Source: a virus
Lineage: Duplodnaviria > Caudoviricetes
Length of the DNA stretch: 59,105 nucleotides
IMG/VR virus record: IMGVR_UViG_3300009169_000025
Span: 1-59,105 of that record
Reading direction: 5' to 3' (one strand)
A program made the position numbers and the translations under genes. Below the pieces are notes generated by a model, which had not been told where the DNA came from, made no database searches, and saw only the letters and a program-made list of their open reading frames with translations. This document shows, in pieces, positions 1 to 10,373 of this stretch (within the stretch, counting starts at the first letter, position 1; each line of letters opens with the position of its first letter).

Positions 1-13
1 AGCATTAGGGCAC

Positions 14-919
14 ATGAAAATGGCTACTCTTTCAGAGGAAGCCATTGCTTTTTTAGAAGTAAAAAACTACCAAGCTGCTTTGCCAAATGGATTACACTAT
101 ATAATTCAAGTGGCAAAGAATAATGCTTGGACACCTACTGAAAAAGTTACCTGTACTCCTCAAGCTATTATTACAGAATTAGTTCCGGAAACAGCTCACA
201 CAAATTGTGGATGCTCTACTTGTTGTAGTACACCTGCAAATGATATGGTATTACTTGATTGTCAAGGAGATTTAATAGGTACTCCTGAAGTAGCTTACTA
301 CAGACCTTACTTTGATCTTCAATATGAATATCTTGGTTGGGTTCACTCTAAATCTTTTAGAACTAAATTTACTCCGGTAAGGTTAGCTAATCACACTTTT
401 TTTAATACCTTAGTGTGTCAAAATAAAGACAGTGAAAATCTATACAGCAGTAACAGAAATTCTACTGATGAGTATAGCATAGTTGAAGACCAACTTAGAT
501 TTAGTTTTAAAGAAGGACTTGTAGCTGTGGCATATCTTAGAACTAAGATAGATTTAGCAACAGGTTACCCTATGGTCCCTGATGATGAATCAGCTAAGGC
601 AGCTATTACTTACTACTTAGGTTGGAAAGTAAAAGAAAGAGAAGCTTGGAATCACAGAGAAGGTGCTATGCAAATTGCTCAAGTTGCTGAAGCAAGATGG
701 TTGAAGTACATCAAACAGTTTAGAAACAAAGCTAAGATGCCTTGGGGAACTGATGATTATGAAGACCTTATGGAACAATCAAATTACTTATTACCAAGAA
801 ACAAAAGATATTATGGGTTCTTTGGTAAATTAGGAAAAGCAGAAGATAGGATATTTAATGATCCTAACTTTACAAACAAATACAGATACACATCAGGTAA
901 CTCATCTTACATGAGATAA
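14..919 (+). CDS. Putative tail tubular/ring protein (crAss-like), probably truncated at the 5' end by the window edge
   Basis: Frame is open upstream of the ATG (ALGH-M). C-terminal motif G-x-V-x-V-AY...GYPMVPDD...AITYY and position directly before the stabilization-type gene fit the crAss-like tail module. Confidence 0.55.
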   Translation: MKMATLSEEAIAFLEVKNYQAALPNGLHYIIQVAKNNAWTPTEKVTCTPQAIITELVPETAHTNCGCSTCCSTPANDMVLLDCQGDLIGTPEVAYYRPYFDLQYEYLGWVHSKSFRTKFTPVRLANHTFFNTLVCQNKDSENLYSSNRNSTDEYSIVEDQLRFSFKEGLVAVAYLRTKIDLATGYPMVPDDESAKAAITYYLGWKVKEREAWNHREGAMQIAQVAEARWLKYIKQFRNKAKMPWGTDDYEDLMEQSNYLLPRNKRYYGFFGKLGKAEDRIFNDPNFTNKYRYTSGNSSYMR

Positions 920-921
920 TT

Positions 922-3900
922 ATGGCTAAAAATAACAACTCAGAAGAAAAACAACAAGGAAACCCTCTAGGAAATATTATTATTACTGGAGGGTTAAATA
1001 CAGATGCATCCTTAGTAAGTCAACCTCCAGGCACCACCAGATTTGTGATGACAGGAGTAGATGAAACTAAAGAAGGAGATTTAGGTACTATAACTTCTGA
1101 AGAGTCTAATGGAGAATGTTATGACTTAGCATCTGCAGGACTTGACCTAGGATATGTTCCTATGGGTAAAGTTTATATTGGAAATGAAGATCAACTTATT
1201 TTCTTAGCAAATCCTAATGGAAATTCTGCTATTGTCATACTAGACAAAGAATGTAATCTAGAAGTAAAAGCAACAGATGAAAATCAATTTGAAAAATTTG
1301 GTTTTAAAATCACTCAGCAAATTGATGCAACCTTTAGATTAAGAAGAGGTTGTGAAAGAACTGCATATTGGCTTGACCCTAAACCTAGAATGTTTATTCT
1401 TGATAAAGAAGAAGAGTTTAAAAATGATGATCCTCTTGCTCCTACAAATAGTTCTACTGAACCTAATTTTGGGGATTGGGATATTTCTAAATTCAATTTA
1501 TTCAAAACATATAAAAAGATTCCTGAAGTTACTAATATTGAAGTTCTTGATGGGAGTGGAATACTTCCTCCTGGAAGTTATAATTTTTCTATAAGATACT
1601 TAGATGCTGACTTTAACCCTACAGAGTTTATATTTAGCACTGAGACTGTTATGATTTATAACACTCCTTTGACAGCTAACTATAGAAATCTTGAAGGAGC
1701 AACAAAAGAAGTACAAAACTATTACAACTTTCCAGATAGTAACAAAGCTATCAGAATTAGTATAGACCCGGCTACTCTTGATATTACTTACCCTTTCTAC
1801 CAAATAGCTATCACAGAAGCTAATGCAGGAGGAGGGTTAGTAAGTGATACTAAATTTACTCAAGAAATATCTACAAGACAATCTTTCTTTGTTTATACAG
1901 GAGCAAACTATGAATCTTCAGGAAGTCAAGCTGAAGTAACTATGTTCAATAATATTATTGAAAAAGCTCAAAGTATAGAACAAATTGAGAACAGACTTAT
2001 ATTAGGAGACATTGAAGGAAAGCAAATTAACTACTGTAACCTTCAAAAGTATGCTAGTAGAATTACTGCAGATGTAGTTACTAAAGATATATTTGTGTCT
2101 GTAAATGACTTAGGTAATTCTAAAGATCCTTCAGCACATTTTCATGGTATAGGTTACATGCCAGGAGAGATATACTCTTTTGGTATTGTATTTATATTTG
2201 AAGACAATTCTCTTTCTCCTACATTCCATATACCAGGTAAAAGTCCTATGTCAGGAGTACAGGATATGTACAGTACTGGCACCAATGTTTATCCTATGAC
2301 TAACATTGATAACAGTTGTCAAAGCACTAAGTATATTGACAATAATACTTGTGGAGAAGATACTTTTTGGGGAAAAGATTATAATGGAGACCCTTTAACT
2401 AATAAAGTTGTTAGACATCATAGATTCCCTTTAAGAACAGATTACAACATTCCTTTTGTAGAAAAAGTTGATGAAACTGAAATAAACTCTTTTGTAAAAG
2501 CAATAACTATTACAGCTCAAAAAATAGGAGCTGACATTCCTTTATTGTGTCCTGCTGATGACCCAGGTTGTCCTGGAGAACAAAATGCAGATTTTGGAGA
2601 CCCTGTAAATTTTGGACCTTTTGAAATAAAACTAGAGTACACAGAAGATGCTGCTACTAATTTCTATTCTGAAGTTATTGACCCTTTCTTATATCAAGGA
2701 GATGCAGGAGACCCTACAACTAGTACTGATGTAGAGTTTAATTTTAATACAGGAAATATCTATGCTACAGTAGTTACAATTCCTATTTTAACTGGGTTAA
2801 ATGAAGTTTTTGAATCTTCTACAAATATTGTAATTCTTGTTTTAGGAACTAATGCTATAACAGGTCTCCCTCAATACACAGGGACTTCAGGAATAACTGG
2901 GTTGACTTATACTATTGATGTAGGACAAAGTGCTGCAGGTGCTGGTGTAGATTTATACAAAGCTCCTGTTTTTGGTATTAGATTCTCTAATATTAATATA
3001 CCTAATGAAGTAGATACTGCTGGGCAAAAGATAATAGGATATTATATAGTTAGGAATGAGAGAAAAGAATCAGACAAAACTGTATTAGACAGTGCTGTAT
3101 TACTACCTACTACTAAAGAAAAAAACTTTGCAGCTCAAGGTTTAATTTTTCCTCAGTATGATTCTACAGCTACAGAAGATGCAAGAGTTAAAAAAGATGT
3201 ACTAGGATTTATTTCTCCGGAACATAAATTTAACAATACTCAATATGCAATCTTTAGTAAAATAGTTCAACAAGGAGACTTTAAAAAGATTGATGTTATT
3301 AAGAGTAGAGTTAAAATTAATGATACTGCAGATGGTTCTGGTTATGTTTCAGGTAAACATAAAAGTGGAGAATCTGATCCTGATGGATTTACAACTCACA
3401 TTAAAACTAGAGATAATATCACAGAGTTTAGACCAAAAAATACTTTCACTTATACTACTGTAGATATTAAAGAGGTATTCTATTTAAGTGCTTTAGAAGA
3501 CAGACTTATTGAAGATAGTTCTGATAATCCTTATGATGTATTTAACTTAGCTTGTGATAATAAAATTGGTCTTTTTAGTTTAGAGCAACAATACACTGAA
3601 TTTAATTGTCTTTCTGCTTTACCTTATGTGTATTTGTTTAGAGACAGTTTAGAACCTTACTCTAATTTTAGATTAGAACCTTATTATAAAGAAAGTAGAA
3701 ATCCTGAAAAGTTTGATCTTATTACAGGGATAAGTACTTGTGATATATTTAATGGGGATGTTTACATCAACTCTATGAGATATGTAAATAGTATTTATTA
3801 TGACACAAGAATCAAAAAAAGAAAAGGTAAAACTAATGCTTTTGGTTTTATACTTGGTGCCATACTTGTACTTGTAGCAGTAGCTTTAGTAATATTTAGT

Positions 3901-6900
3901 TTTGGAGCTGCTACTCCATTAGCTGCAGGACTCCTTGTAGCAGGAGCAGGATTAGCTGCAGGAGTAGCTACTACTTTAATTCTATCAGGTATTAAACAAG
4001 ATGCTTGGAATAAAGCATATAACATTCTTTACAAGCAAGGTCTTAGAACAACTATTACTGATGAATACTTGTTGAATGATATTGACCCTAATAACAATGT
4101 ACCTGTACTAAATCCTTTTACAGGTAACCTTTGGTTTAACAAAGGAGATAGAGGTAATAAAAAAAATCCTTCTGATGATGAACAACAATGGTTAGGAGAA
4201 TGTGTTAATCTTTGGTTTGAGTCTGCTATTAATATGGGATTAAGAAATAGTTTTAATGATGCCACTCCTGCTTATTTAAAAGCACCAGGACTTATTGAAC
4301 AAGGCACTACTTACCCAGAATGGAACAGAGAATACTTTGGTATTATGTCAGTAGGTTCAGGAGGTAAAGATATTGATGGAGGAGCTAGAGAAGAGGATGT
4401 GGCTCCTACTACTGCTTTAGATTTCCACATGACAGAGAAACTTACTTACTTAGATGCAGCTAGAAAAAGTGGAAGAAAAGGATATGGTATTGCTTTAGCT
4501 GAGGCCTACCTTTTAAACCCGGATTACAAAAGAAGAAACCAACAAAAGATATTCAATCATCTTGGATTAGAGTATGACTGTTGTACAGACTGTGTTGAAA
4601 CTTTTCCTCATAGATGGCACTGGTCAGAGCAAGCTTTTCAAGAAGAACTTACTGATAACTTTAGAATGTTTTTACCTAACAACTACAAAGATCTTGAAGC
4701 TGAGACAGGTAGAATAACTGATATTTATAGAGTTCAGAATAATCTTTATATCCATACTGAAGAAGGTCTTTGGCATTGTCCTCAAACTTTTCAAGAAAGA
4801 ATTACTAGTGATATAGTTTCTTTTATTGGAACAGGAGAATACTTCTCTGTACCTCCTAGAAAGATGGTAGATGATAATAACTCTTCTGCAGGAAATAGAC
4901 ATAAGTGGGCAAGAACTAAAACCAAATATGGAGTTCTTTTCCCTTCTTGGAAAGAGAAAAAATGGTACTTGTTTAATGGAGAGAGTTTACAAGCTATTAG
5001 TGATAATGGTAATTCTAACTATTTTAAAAACAATATGAATTTCTTGTTAGAACAACAGTATTATTCTGCTAATCAAGAGGCATATCCATATTCCAATAAC
5101 CCTTCTAATCCATTAGGAGTAGGGTTCTCATCTACCTATGATACTAATAAAGAGAGATTGATTATAACTAAAAAAGATAACCAAATCTATAATCTTCCTA
5201 GTCAGCCTTATCAGTTATGTTCAGAGGGGCCACAGACTATTATCTTTAATAACATGGCTCAAATCATAGCTGATAGAGAAGCAAATGGTTGGAGTTATGT
5301 AGGTATTGAAGATTGTCAAATGAAGTTTATAAAAGTAGTAGAAGAGACTTCTACTATTACTGTGAATCAATTTACAGAGATTCCTAATGACATAGACATT
5401 TATGTTTTCTATGATACATCAGGTTCTTTTGGCTACACTAAAGGAGGAACAGGAACTGCTACTGAAGAAGAAGTTCTTACTTGGGGAGATTACTTCCCTT
5501 TAATAGATGCTAGTTTAATGGATTGGATAACTAATGATTTACAACCTTCAGGATGGGTAGGTCAAGTTTATAGATACTATAACAATGATGAAAGATGGTT
5601 ACAGTTTCCTGATAAAATACCTTTGGCTAATAGAGGTAAAGTAATACTTATTTCATTAACTAATGAAAGTAATACAGTATATCATGGTGATGATATTAAT
5701 TTTACAGGACAACCTAGTGCAGCATATCAAAATGACTACATTGATTTTACTGAACCAGGAGGAGTTTACTCTACTTACAATCAGTTTATAGGGATAAACT
5801 ATCCTATCTGTACTAATTGGGGAGATGGGTCTGAACCTAAAACTTTTGTACTACATGCTTTAGCTGCTGTAAAAGGAACTAACTATTCTTTAGCAGATGT
5901 AAATGATTTACCTGTTAATCTATTCTTTTCTACTGCACAGTGGACTAGTTTAAAGTCTCAATTACAAACAAATCCTTATTCTACTTTACTAGACCCTAAT
6001 GGAGATCCAGGATTAGAACAATGGGGATGGTTTGTGAAAGCTGACAGAAGTGTATTAGGCAATCCTACTAATGGAGATTGTCCAGCAACTAATGTCCCTG
6101 GTTCAGAACAGATTATTTCTCCTTGTCAGTTTGCTTTAGACATGAATGAAATTCTTGCTTCTTTGATAGTAACAGAAGAAGTAGAAAGTACAGTAGTCAA
6201 TCCGGTAACTTATGTTGAGTATGAGCAAGGACAAGTTTTTGTTCCTCAATATATAAGAGCAGGGTGGACAATGAGTTATGGACTAAAAAGACAAGAGTGG
6301 AGAAGTTGGCATCCTTATATTCCTTCTTTCTACTTTCATGTTCAAGAGAAGTTCTACTCATGGCCACAAGGGTCTAGATACTTATGGAAACATAATAGAC
6401 AAGGACACTATAGAACTTTCTATGGAGTTACCTATCCATTTATTGTTGAGTATGTAGATAACCCTTCTCCTATAACAACTAAAGTGTGGGATTACTTAAT
6501 GTTTCAAACTGAAGCAAAACAATTTGATCCTACTACTCAAGATTATATGGACATTAAAGAAGTGACTTTTAACAAGGTTCTTTTTTATAACTCAGAACAA
6601 ATCAGTGGAGTTTTAAATATCAATCCTAAACAGGATTTATCTCAGACTTATTTATTGCAACAAACTCAGAACTTTAATAACTTTGGTAGTATTACTGCAG
6701 ATAGAAATGAAAGAGATTGGACCTTAAATCACATGAGAGATGTTAGGATGAATACTTCTGTTCCTATGTTTATAAAAGATGTAGCACAGTTACAATCTAA
6801 CTATTACATAGACAAAATAGTAAACCCGGCAGCAATTAGTTCTTTTAAGAGTTGGGATGAATTAGAAAGTTTCAGAGATAAGTTCTTGGTGGTCAGATTA

Positions 6901-6978
6901 ATTTTTGATACTTTTGATACCAGTAAAAGATTAACTTTCCATTATTCTTACTTACAGAAAGAAATGTCAGAAAGATAA
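922..6978 (+). CDS. Tail stabilization/muzzle protein (P22 gp10-like) with inserted hydrophobic hairpin and vWA-like segment
   Basis: 2018 aa, beta-rich. N-terminal GGLNTD, NNYKDL...GRITDI, and C-terminal WTMSY...WRSWH and FRDKFLVVRLIFD resemble crAss-like stabilization proteins; gene order agrees. Confidence 0.65.
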   Translation: MAKNNNSEEKQQGNPLGNIIITGGLNTDASLVSQPPGTTRFVMTGVDETKEGDLGTITSEESNGECYDLASAGLDLGYVPMGKVYIGNEDQLIFLANPNGNSAIVILDKECNLEVKATDENQFEKFGFKITQQIDATFRLRRGCERTAYWLDPKPRMFILDKEEEFKNDDPLAPTNSSTEPNFGDWDISKFNLFKTYKKIPEVTNIEVLDGSGILPPGSYNFSIRYLDADFNPTEFIFSTETVMIYNTPLTANYRNLEGATKEVQNYYNFPDSNKAIRISIDPATLDITYPFYQIAITEANAGGGLVSDTKFTQEISTRQSFFVYTGANYESSGSQAEVTMFNNIIEKAQSIEQIENRLILGDIEGKQINYCNLQKYASRITADVVTKDIFVSVNDLGNSKDPSAHFHGIGYMPGEIYSFGIVFIFEDNSLSPTFHIPGKSPMSGVQDMYSTGTNVYPMTNIDNSCQSTKYIDNNTCGEDTFWGKDYNGDPLTNKVVRHHRFPLRTDYNIPFVEKVDETEINSFVKAITITAQKIGADIPLLCPADDPGCPGEQNADFGDPVNFGPFEIKLEYTEDAATNFYSEVIDPFLYQGDAGDPTTSTDVEFNFNTGNIYATVVTIPILTGLNEVFESSTNIVILVLGTNAITGLPQYTGTSGITGLTYTIDVGQSAAGAGVDLYKAPVFGIRFSNINIPNEVDTAGQKIIGYYIVRNERKESDKTVLDSAVLLPTTKEKNFAAQGLIFPQYDSTATEDARVKKDVLGFISPEHKFNNTQYAIFSKIVQQGDFKKIDVIKSRVKINDTADGSGYVSGKHKSGESDPDGFTTHIKTRDNITEFRPKNTFTYTTVDIKEVFYLSALEDRLIEDSSDNPYDVFNLACDNKIGLFSLEQQYTEFNCLSALPYVYLFRDSLEPYSNFRLEPYYKESRNPEKFDLITGISTCDIFNGDVYINSMRYVNSIYYDTRIKKRKGKTNAFGFILGAILVLVAVALVIFSFGAATPLAAGLLVAGAGLAAGVATTLILSGIKQDAWNKAYNILYKQGLRTTITDEYLLNDIDPNNNVPVLNPFTGNLWFNKGDRGNKKNPSDDEQQWLGECVNLWFESAINMGLRNSFNDATPAYLKAPGLIEQGTTYPEWNREYFGIMSVGSGGKDIDGGAREEDVAPTTALDFHMTEKLTYLDAARKSGRKGYGIALAEAYLLNPDYKRRNQQKIFNHLGLEYDCCTDCVETFPHRWHWSEQAFQEELTDNFRMFLPNNYKDLEAETGRITDIYRVQNNLYIHTEEGLWHCPQTFQERITSDIVSFIGTGEYFSVPPRKMVDDNNSSAGNRHKWARTKTKYGVLFPSWKEKKWYLFNGESLQAISDNGNSNYFKNNMNFLLEQQYYSANQEAYPYSNNPSNPLGVGFSSTYDTNKERLIITKKDNQIYNLPSQPYQLCSEGPQTIIFNNMAQIIADREANGWSYVGIEDCQMKFIKVVEETSTITVNQFTEIPNDIDIYVFYDTSGSFGYTKGGTGTATEEEVLTWGDYFPLIDASLMDWITNDLQPSGWVGQVYRYYNNDERWLQFPDKIPLANRGKVILISLTNESNTVYHGDDINFTGQPSAAYQNDYIDFTEPGGVYSTYNQFIGINYPICTNWGDGSEPKTFVLHALAAVKGTNYSLADVNDLPVNLFFSTAQWTSLKSQLQTNPYSTLLDPNGDPGLEQWGWFVKADRSVLGNPTNGDCPATNVPGSEQIISPCQFALDMNEILASLIVTEEVESTVVNPVTYVEYEQGQVFVPQYIRAGWTMSYGLKRQEWRSWHPYIPSFYFHVQEKFYSWPQGSRYLWKHNRQGHYRTFYGVTYPFIVEYVDNPSPITTKVWDYLMFQTEAKQFDPTTQDYMDIKEVTFNKVLFYNSEQISGVLNINPKQDLSQTYLLQQTQNFNNFGSITADRNERDWTLNHMRDVRMNTSVPMFIKDVAQLQSNYYIDKIVNPAAISSFKSWDELESFRDKFLVVRLIFDTFDTSKRLTFHYSYLQKEMSER

Positions 6979-7005
6979 GCTTAACCTTTAATAATTTAAA
7001 GCAAG

Positions 7006-10000
7006 ATGTTACAACCTAAGAAATCTAATAAGAGACCTTCACCAAACAAGAAGTATAATACTTCTAAGCCAAAGACTCAAGATAGTCTGGCAGAAGATGT
7101 CTTTGAAATTTTTGATCCCACAGGCATATCTTCTTATGATGATGTGTACAGGAGTTATAAAAAGAATGGATTGTTTTCTTTAGAAACAGGGTTAGAAGTT
7201 TTAGGTGCTTTGCCTGTTATAGGAAAAGCAGGTAAAGGTCTTAAGGCAATAAGAACAGCAAACAAATATATTAAAGGTTTAAACAAAGTAAATAAAGTTG
7301 TAGCAAAAGCTGAGAAAGTAGTCCCTGCTGTATTAAAACAAGGTAAGAATGTAGGTAGAACAATTCAAAGAGCTAGTAGAGGAGGGAGAGCTAATCCTGT
7401 AGGGGTAGCAAGTATGGGAGTGGGAATGGGAGCAGAAGCTTTTCAAAAACTTAATAAAGTAATTGAAAAAGGGACTGGTAAAGTTCTTGACAAAGTTATA
7501 GCAAAAGCTCCAGGAAAGAAAGTTGCTATTACCACAGCAGCAGCCACTCTAAATACAACAAACACTTTAAGTGATGTAGCAGGAGCTGTGCAAGGTCAAC
7601 TACCAAAAAAACAAGAATCTACTAAGACAGGTAAACCTAAAATAGTTTACTATAACACTGATTCTAAAAGAGGAAAGGTAGAAAAACCTGGGGATGAAGA
7701 AGGAGTACAATATGTACCTGTATCTAATTCAGTTCAATTAGAAAAATGGAAAGCTCAAAACAATGTACCTGTTGCTTCAGATTTAAAAACTAAAGTAACT
7801 AGAGAAGTTTTAGGAACTCTAATGCCAGACCAGGCTGCTCAATTTCTTACTGCTATTGCAACTAAAGATAATAAGTTAGGTCTTGAAGACTTAACTCCAG
7901 ATATTCAAGAAGCTCTAATTAAGAGTGTAAAGAATGCTCAGAAAAGAACAGGTAAAGATTCAGGAGGAACACAATACATTGATTACAGTCCTGAAGTTGA
8001 ACAAGCTTTTCAAGGAATGTCAGCAGGTAAGAAACAAATGGTTTCTACTGACCCTGATGTACAAGCAGCTACTATGTTAGGTAGAGTTTCTTACAAGAAG
8101 AATGCATTAGGAGAAACAGAGATATATGACTCTTATGATTTTTCTAAAACAGATCCTAAAAAAGCAGATACTTTTTATAAAAAAGTCAGAGCTTATGCAG
8201 GAGCAGCATTACCTGATGATGGTAAGAAACCTAATTTAATTGGAAAAATACCTGCAGAAGAAGAACTTGCTTATGGCACTAACTTACAAGGAATTATGAA
8301 AAATAAAATGAACCCTAGAAAAAAATATGCTAATGGCTCTGATGCTAAAGGCATGGACCCTAACCATTATATCATTAGCCCTGCTGAGGCTTTGAATGAT
8401 TATAATATTATGTTAGCTAAAGTTGAAGCTGAAGCCAACAGTAATCCTTGGTTACCTATTGTTGCTATGGCAGGACAAGCTATGCAAACAGGTATTGGTA
8501 TTGCTGGTAAAGCTTCTGTAGCAAAAGCTGCTACTGGGGTTAATGATCCTAATAGTCCTAATTATGTACCTAAAGCAGCTATGGGTAATAATAATCTTCA
8601 GCAAGATGTAGAAGTTGAAGGAGGAGAAATGTATGAAACCCCTCAAGGACAAGTTGGAGAATTTCAAGGTCCTAGCCATGAACAAGGAGGTATTCCTTTA
8701 GAAGTAGGACAAGATGTAGAAGAAGGAACTAAAGTTTACTCTGATAGACTTAAGGTAGGTAAAAAGACTCTTGCTGAGAGAAAAGCTACAAGAGAAAAAC
8801 AAGTTGCTAACCTTGAGAAAATTGCTTCTAATAATTTAGCTGATCAAGCTGTAAAAAATGCAGCTAAGAGAAAGATGATGGCTATTGAAAGAGAAGAAGC
8901 TGCTGACTTAGACTTTCAAGATAAAGTAAACAATATGCAAGCTATGGCTGATACTATGGTAGAAGCTTTTGCTTGTGGTACAGGAATGGGAGGTATTCAG
9001 AAAATGGATGCTGGTGGAGTTGTAGGTAATCCTCCTGATTGGAGATTCTACAACTATGATGCTAATGGAAATTATACAGGACCTGCACTTCCTCAACCAG
9101 AAATAATTAATCCTACTGATAGACTTTCTAATGCTAACAAAGCTTTAGAAGATTACCTTAGTAGTGATGCCCATAAAAAAGCAGGGTCTGCTTTAGATAG
9201 TATTATTACTAAAACAGATGCTGATACTAAAGCTATGACTGAGACAGGGACTCTACCAAGTATGGTACCAGCCTCAACTCCAAGTCCTATAGTGAACACA
9301 GGTAAGACTGGTGCTCCAGGGTTTGTAGAAGGTTTTGGTATGGATGTAGACCAAACAGAACAAGGCATGCAAAGTCCACAAGCAGGGTCTAATTTTGAAT
9401 TTAATCCTATAGATATTCCTGCTTTAAACTTAAAAACACCTAATATTTTAGATAGTACTTTAGCAGCTTTTAAACCTAAAGATTCTTTTGCTATGACAGC
9501 AGGAGAAGATTGGGCAAAAGCTAACCCTCTTCCTGAAGGAGTACAAGCTCCTATACCTGATAGTATAGGTTTTACACCTGCAAGTGGAGTGGCTGCAACT
9601 GATGGCACTGAAAATAAAACTGAACCAAGTAAGTTTATGAAAGCTCTAGAAGGTAACATGCCTGCTGTAGGAGATATGACTAAACTGATTGGTAACTATT
9701 TAGGTATGACTTCAGGTATTAAAACTGCTGCAGAGCAAAGAAGTACTGATGTAACACACACTAATGTCTATGCTAATGCCGGAAAAGAATCTCAAAAACT
9801 TCTTGACAATGCTAAACAAGGTATTCAAGTAAGTAAAGCTCAAGCTGTAGTAAAAGCTACTGATGTAGCAAGAGGAGGTAAAAGAGGTGCTAGAGGTTCT
9901 GCTAGAGGAGTAAATCAAATGAGAGCTATGGATTGGCTTTATGATACTGCTCTTCAAGGACAGATAGCAGAAATTAGTGCTAAGGCTGCAGAACAAATGT

Positions 10001-10371
10001 CAGGCATTGATGTACAGAAATCAGGTGTAGCTATGAGTGCAGACCAACTTAAAGGTCAAGGAGAATATCAAGCTAACATGGCTAATGAAGCTGCTAAAGA
10101 TGCTTACTATACTGCTCTAGGTATGGGCAGAAAAGACTTTGCTACAGGGTTACAACAAACAGGTAAAGACCTAAATGATATGAAAGAAAATAAAATCATT
10201 GAAGGTTTAATGAAACAATATGGCACTTATTTTACTGGAGATAAATCTGGGGTTAAAGCTAAGACTTTTAAAGAGATTACAGGTGAAGAGCAGGTAGTGA
10301 CAGATGCAGAAGGTAATCAATACAAAGTAGGTAAAGATGGTAAATTAACTAAAATAACTAAAACTAAATAA
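7006..10371 (+). CDS. Putative internal virion/ejected cargo protein
   Basis: 1121 aa, Ala/Gly/Lys-rich. Contains a VEVEGGE...GPSHEQGGI module and a helical C-terminus. Lies between tail genes and the virion RNAP. Confidence 0.5.
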   Translation: MLQPKKSNKRPSPNKKYNTSKPKTQDSLAEDVFEIFDPTGISSYDDVYRSYKKNGLFSLETGLEVLGALPVIGKAGKGLKAIRTANKYIKGLNKVNKVVAKAEKVVPAVLKQGKNVGRTIQRASRGGRANPVGVASMGVGMGAEAFQKLNKVIEKGTGKVLDKVIAKAPGKKVAITTAAATLNTTNTLSDVAGAVQGQLPKKQESTKTGKPKIVYYNTDSKRGKVEKPGDEEGVQYVPVSNSVQLEKWKAQNNVPVASDLKTKVTREVLGTLMPDQAAQFLTAIATKDNKLGLEDLTPDIQEALIKSVKNAQKRTGKDSGGTQYIDYSPEVEQAFQGMSAGKKQMVSTDPDVQAATMLGRVSYKKNALGETEIYDSYDFSKTDPKKADTFYKKVRAYAGAALPDDGKKPNLIGKIPAEEELAYGTNLQGIMKNKMNPRKKYANGSDAKGMDPNHYIISPAEALNDYNIMLAKVEAEANSNPWLPIVAMAGQAMQTGIGIAGKASVAKAATGVNDPNSPNYVPKAAMGNNNLQQDVEVEGGEMYETPQGQVGEFQGPSHEQGGIPLEVGQDVEEGTKVYSDRLKVGKKTLAERKATREKQVANLEKIASNNLADQAVKNAAKRKMMAIEREEAADLDFQDKVNNMQAMADTMVEAFACGTGMGGIQKMDAGGVVGNPPDWRFYNYDANGNYTGPALPQPEIINPTDRLSNANKALEDYLSSDAHKKAGSALDSIITKTDADTKAMTETGTLPSMVPASTPSPIVNTGKTGAPGFVEGFGMDVDQTEQGMQSPQAGSNFEFNPIDIPALNLKTPNILDSTLAAFKPKDSFAMTAGEDWAKANPLPEGVQAPIPDSIGFTPASGVAATDGTENKTEPSKFMKALEGNMPAVGDMTKLIGNYLGMTSGIKTAAEQRSTDVTHTNVYANAGKESQKLLDNAKQGIQVSKAQAVVKATDVARGGKRGARGSARGVNQMRAMDWLYDTALQGQIAEISAKAAEQMSGIDVQKSGVAMSADQLKGQGEYQANMANEAAKDAYYTALGMGRKDFATGLQQTGKDLNDMKENKIIEGLMKQYGTYFTGDKSGVKAKTFKEITGEEQVVTDAEGNQYKVGKDGKLTKITKTK

Positions 10372-10373
10372 TT

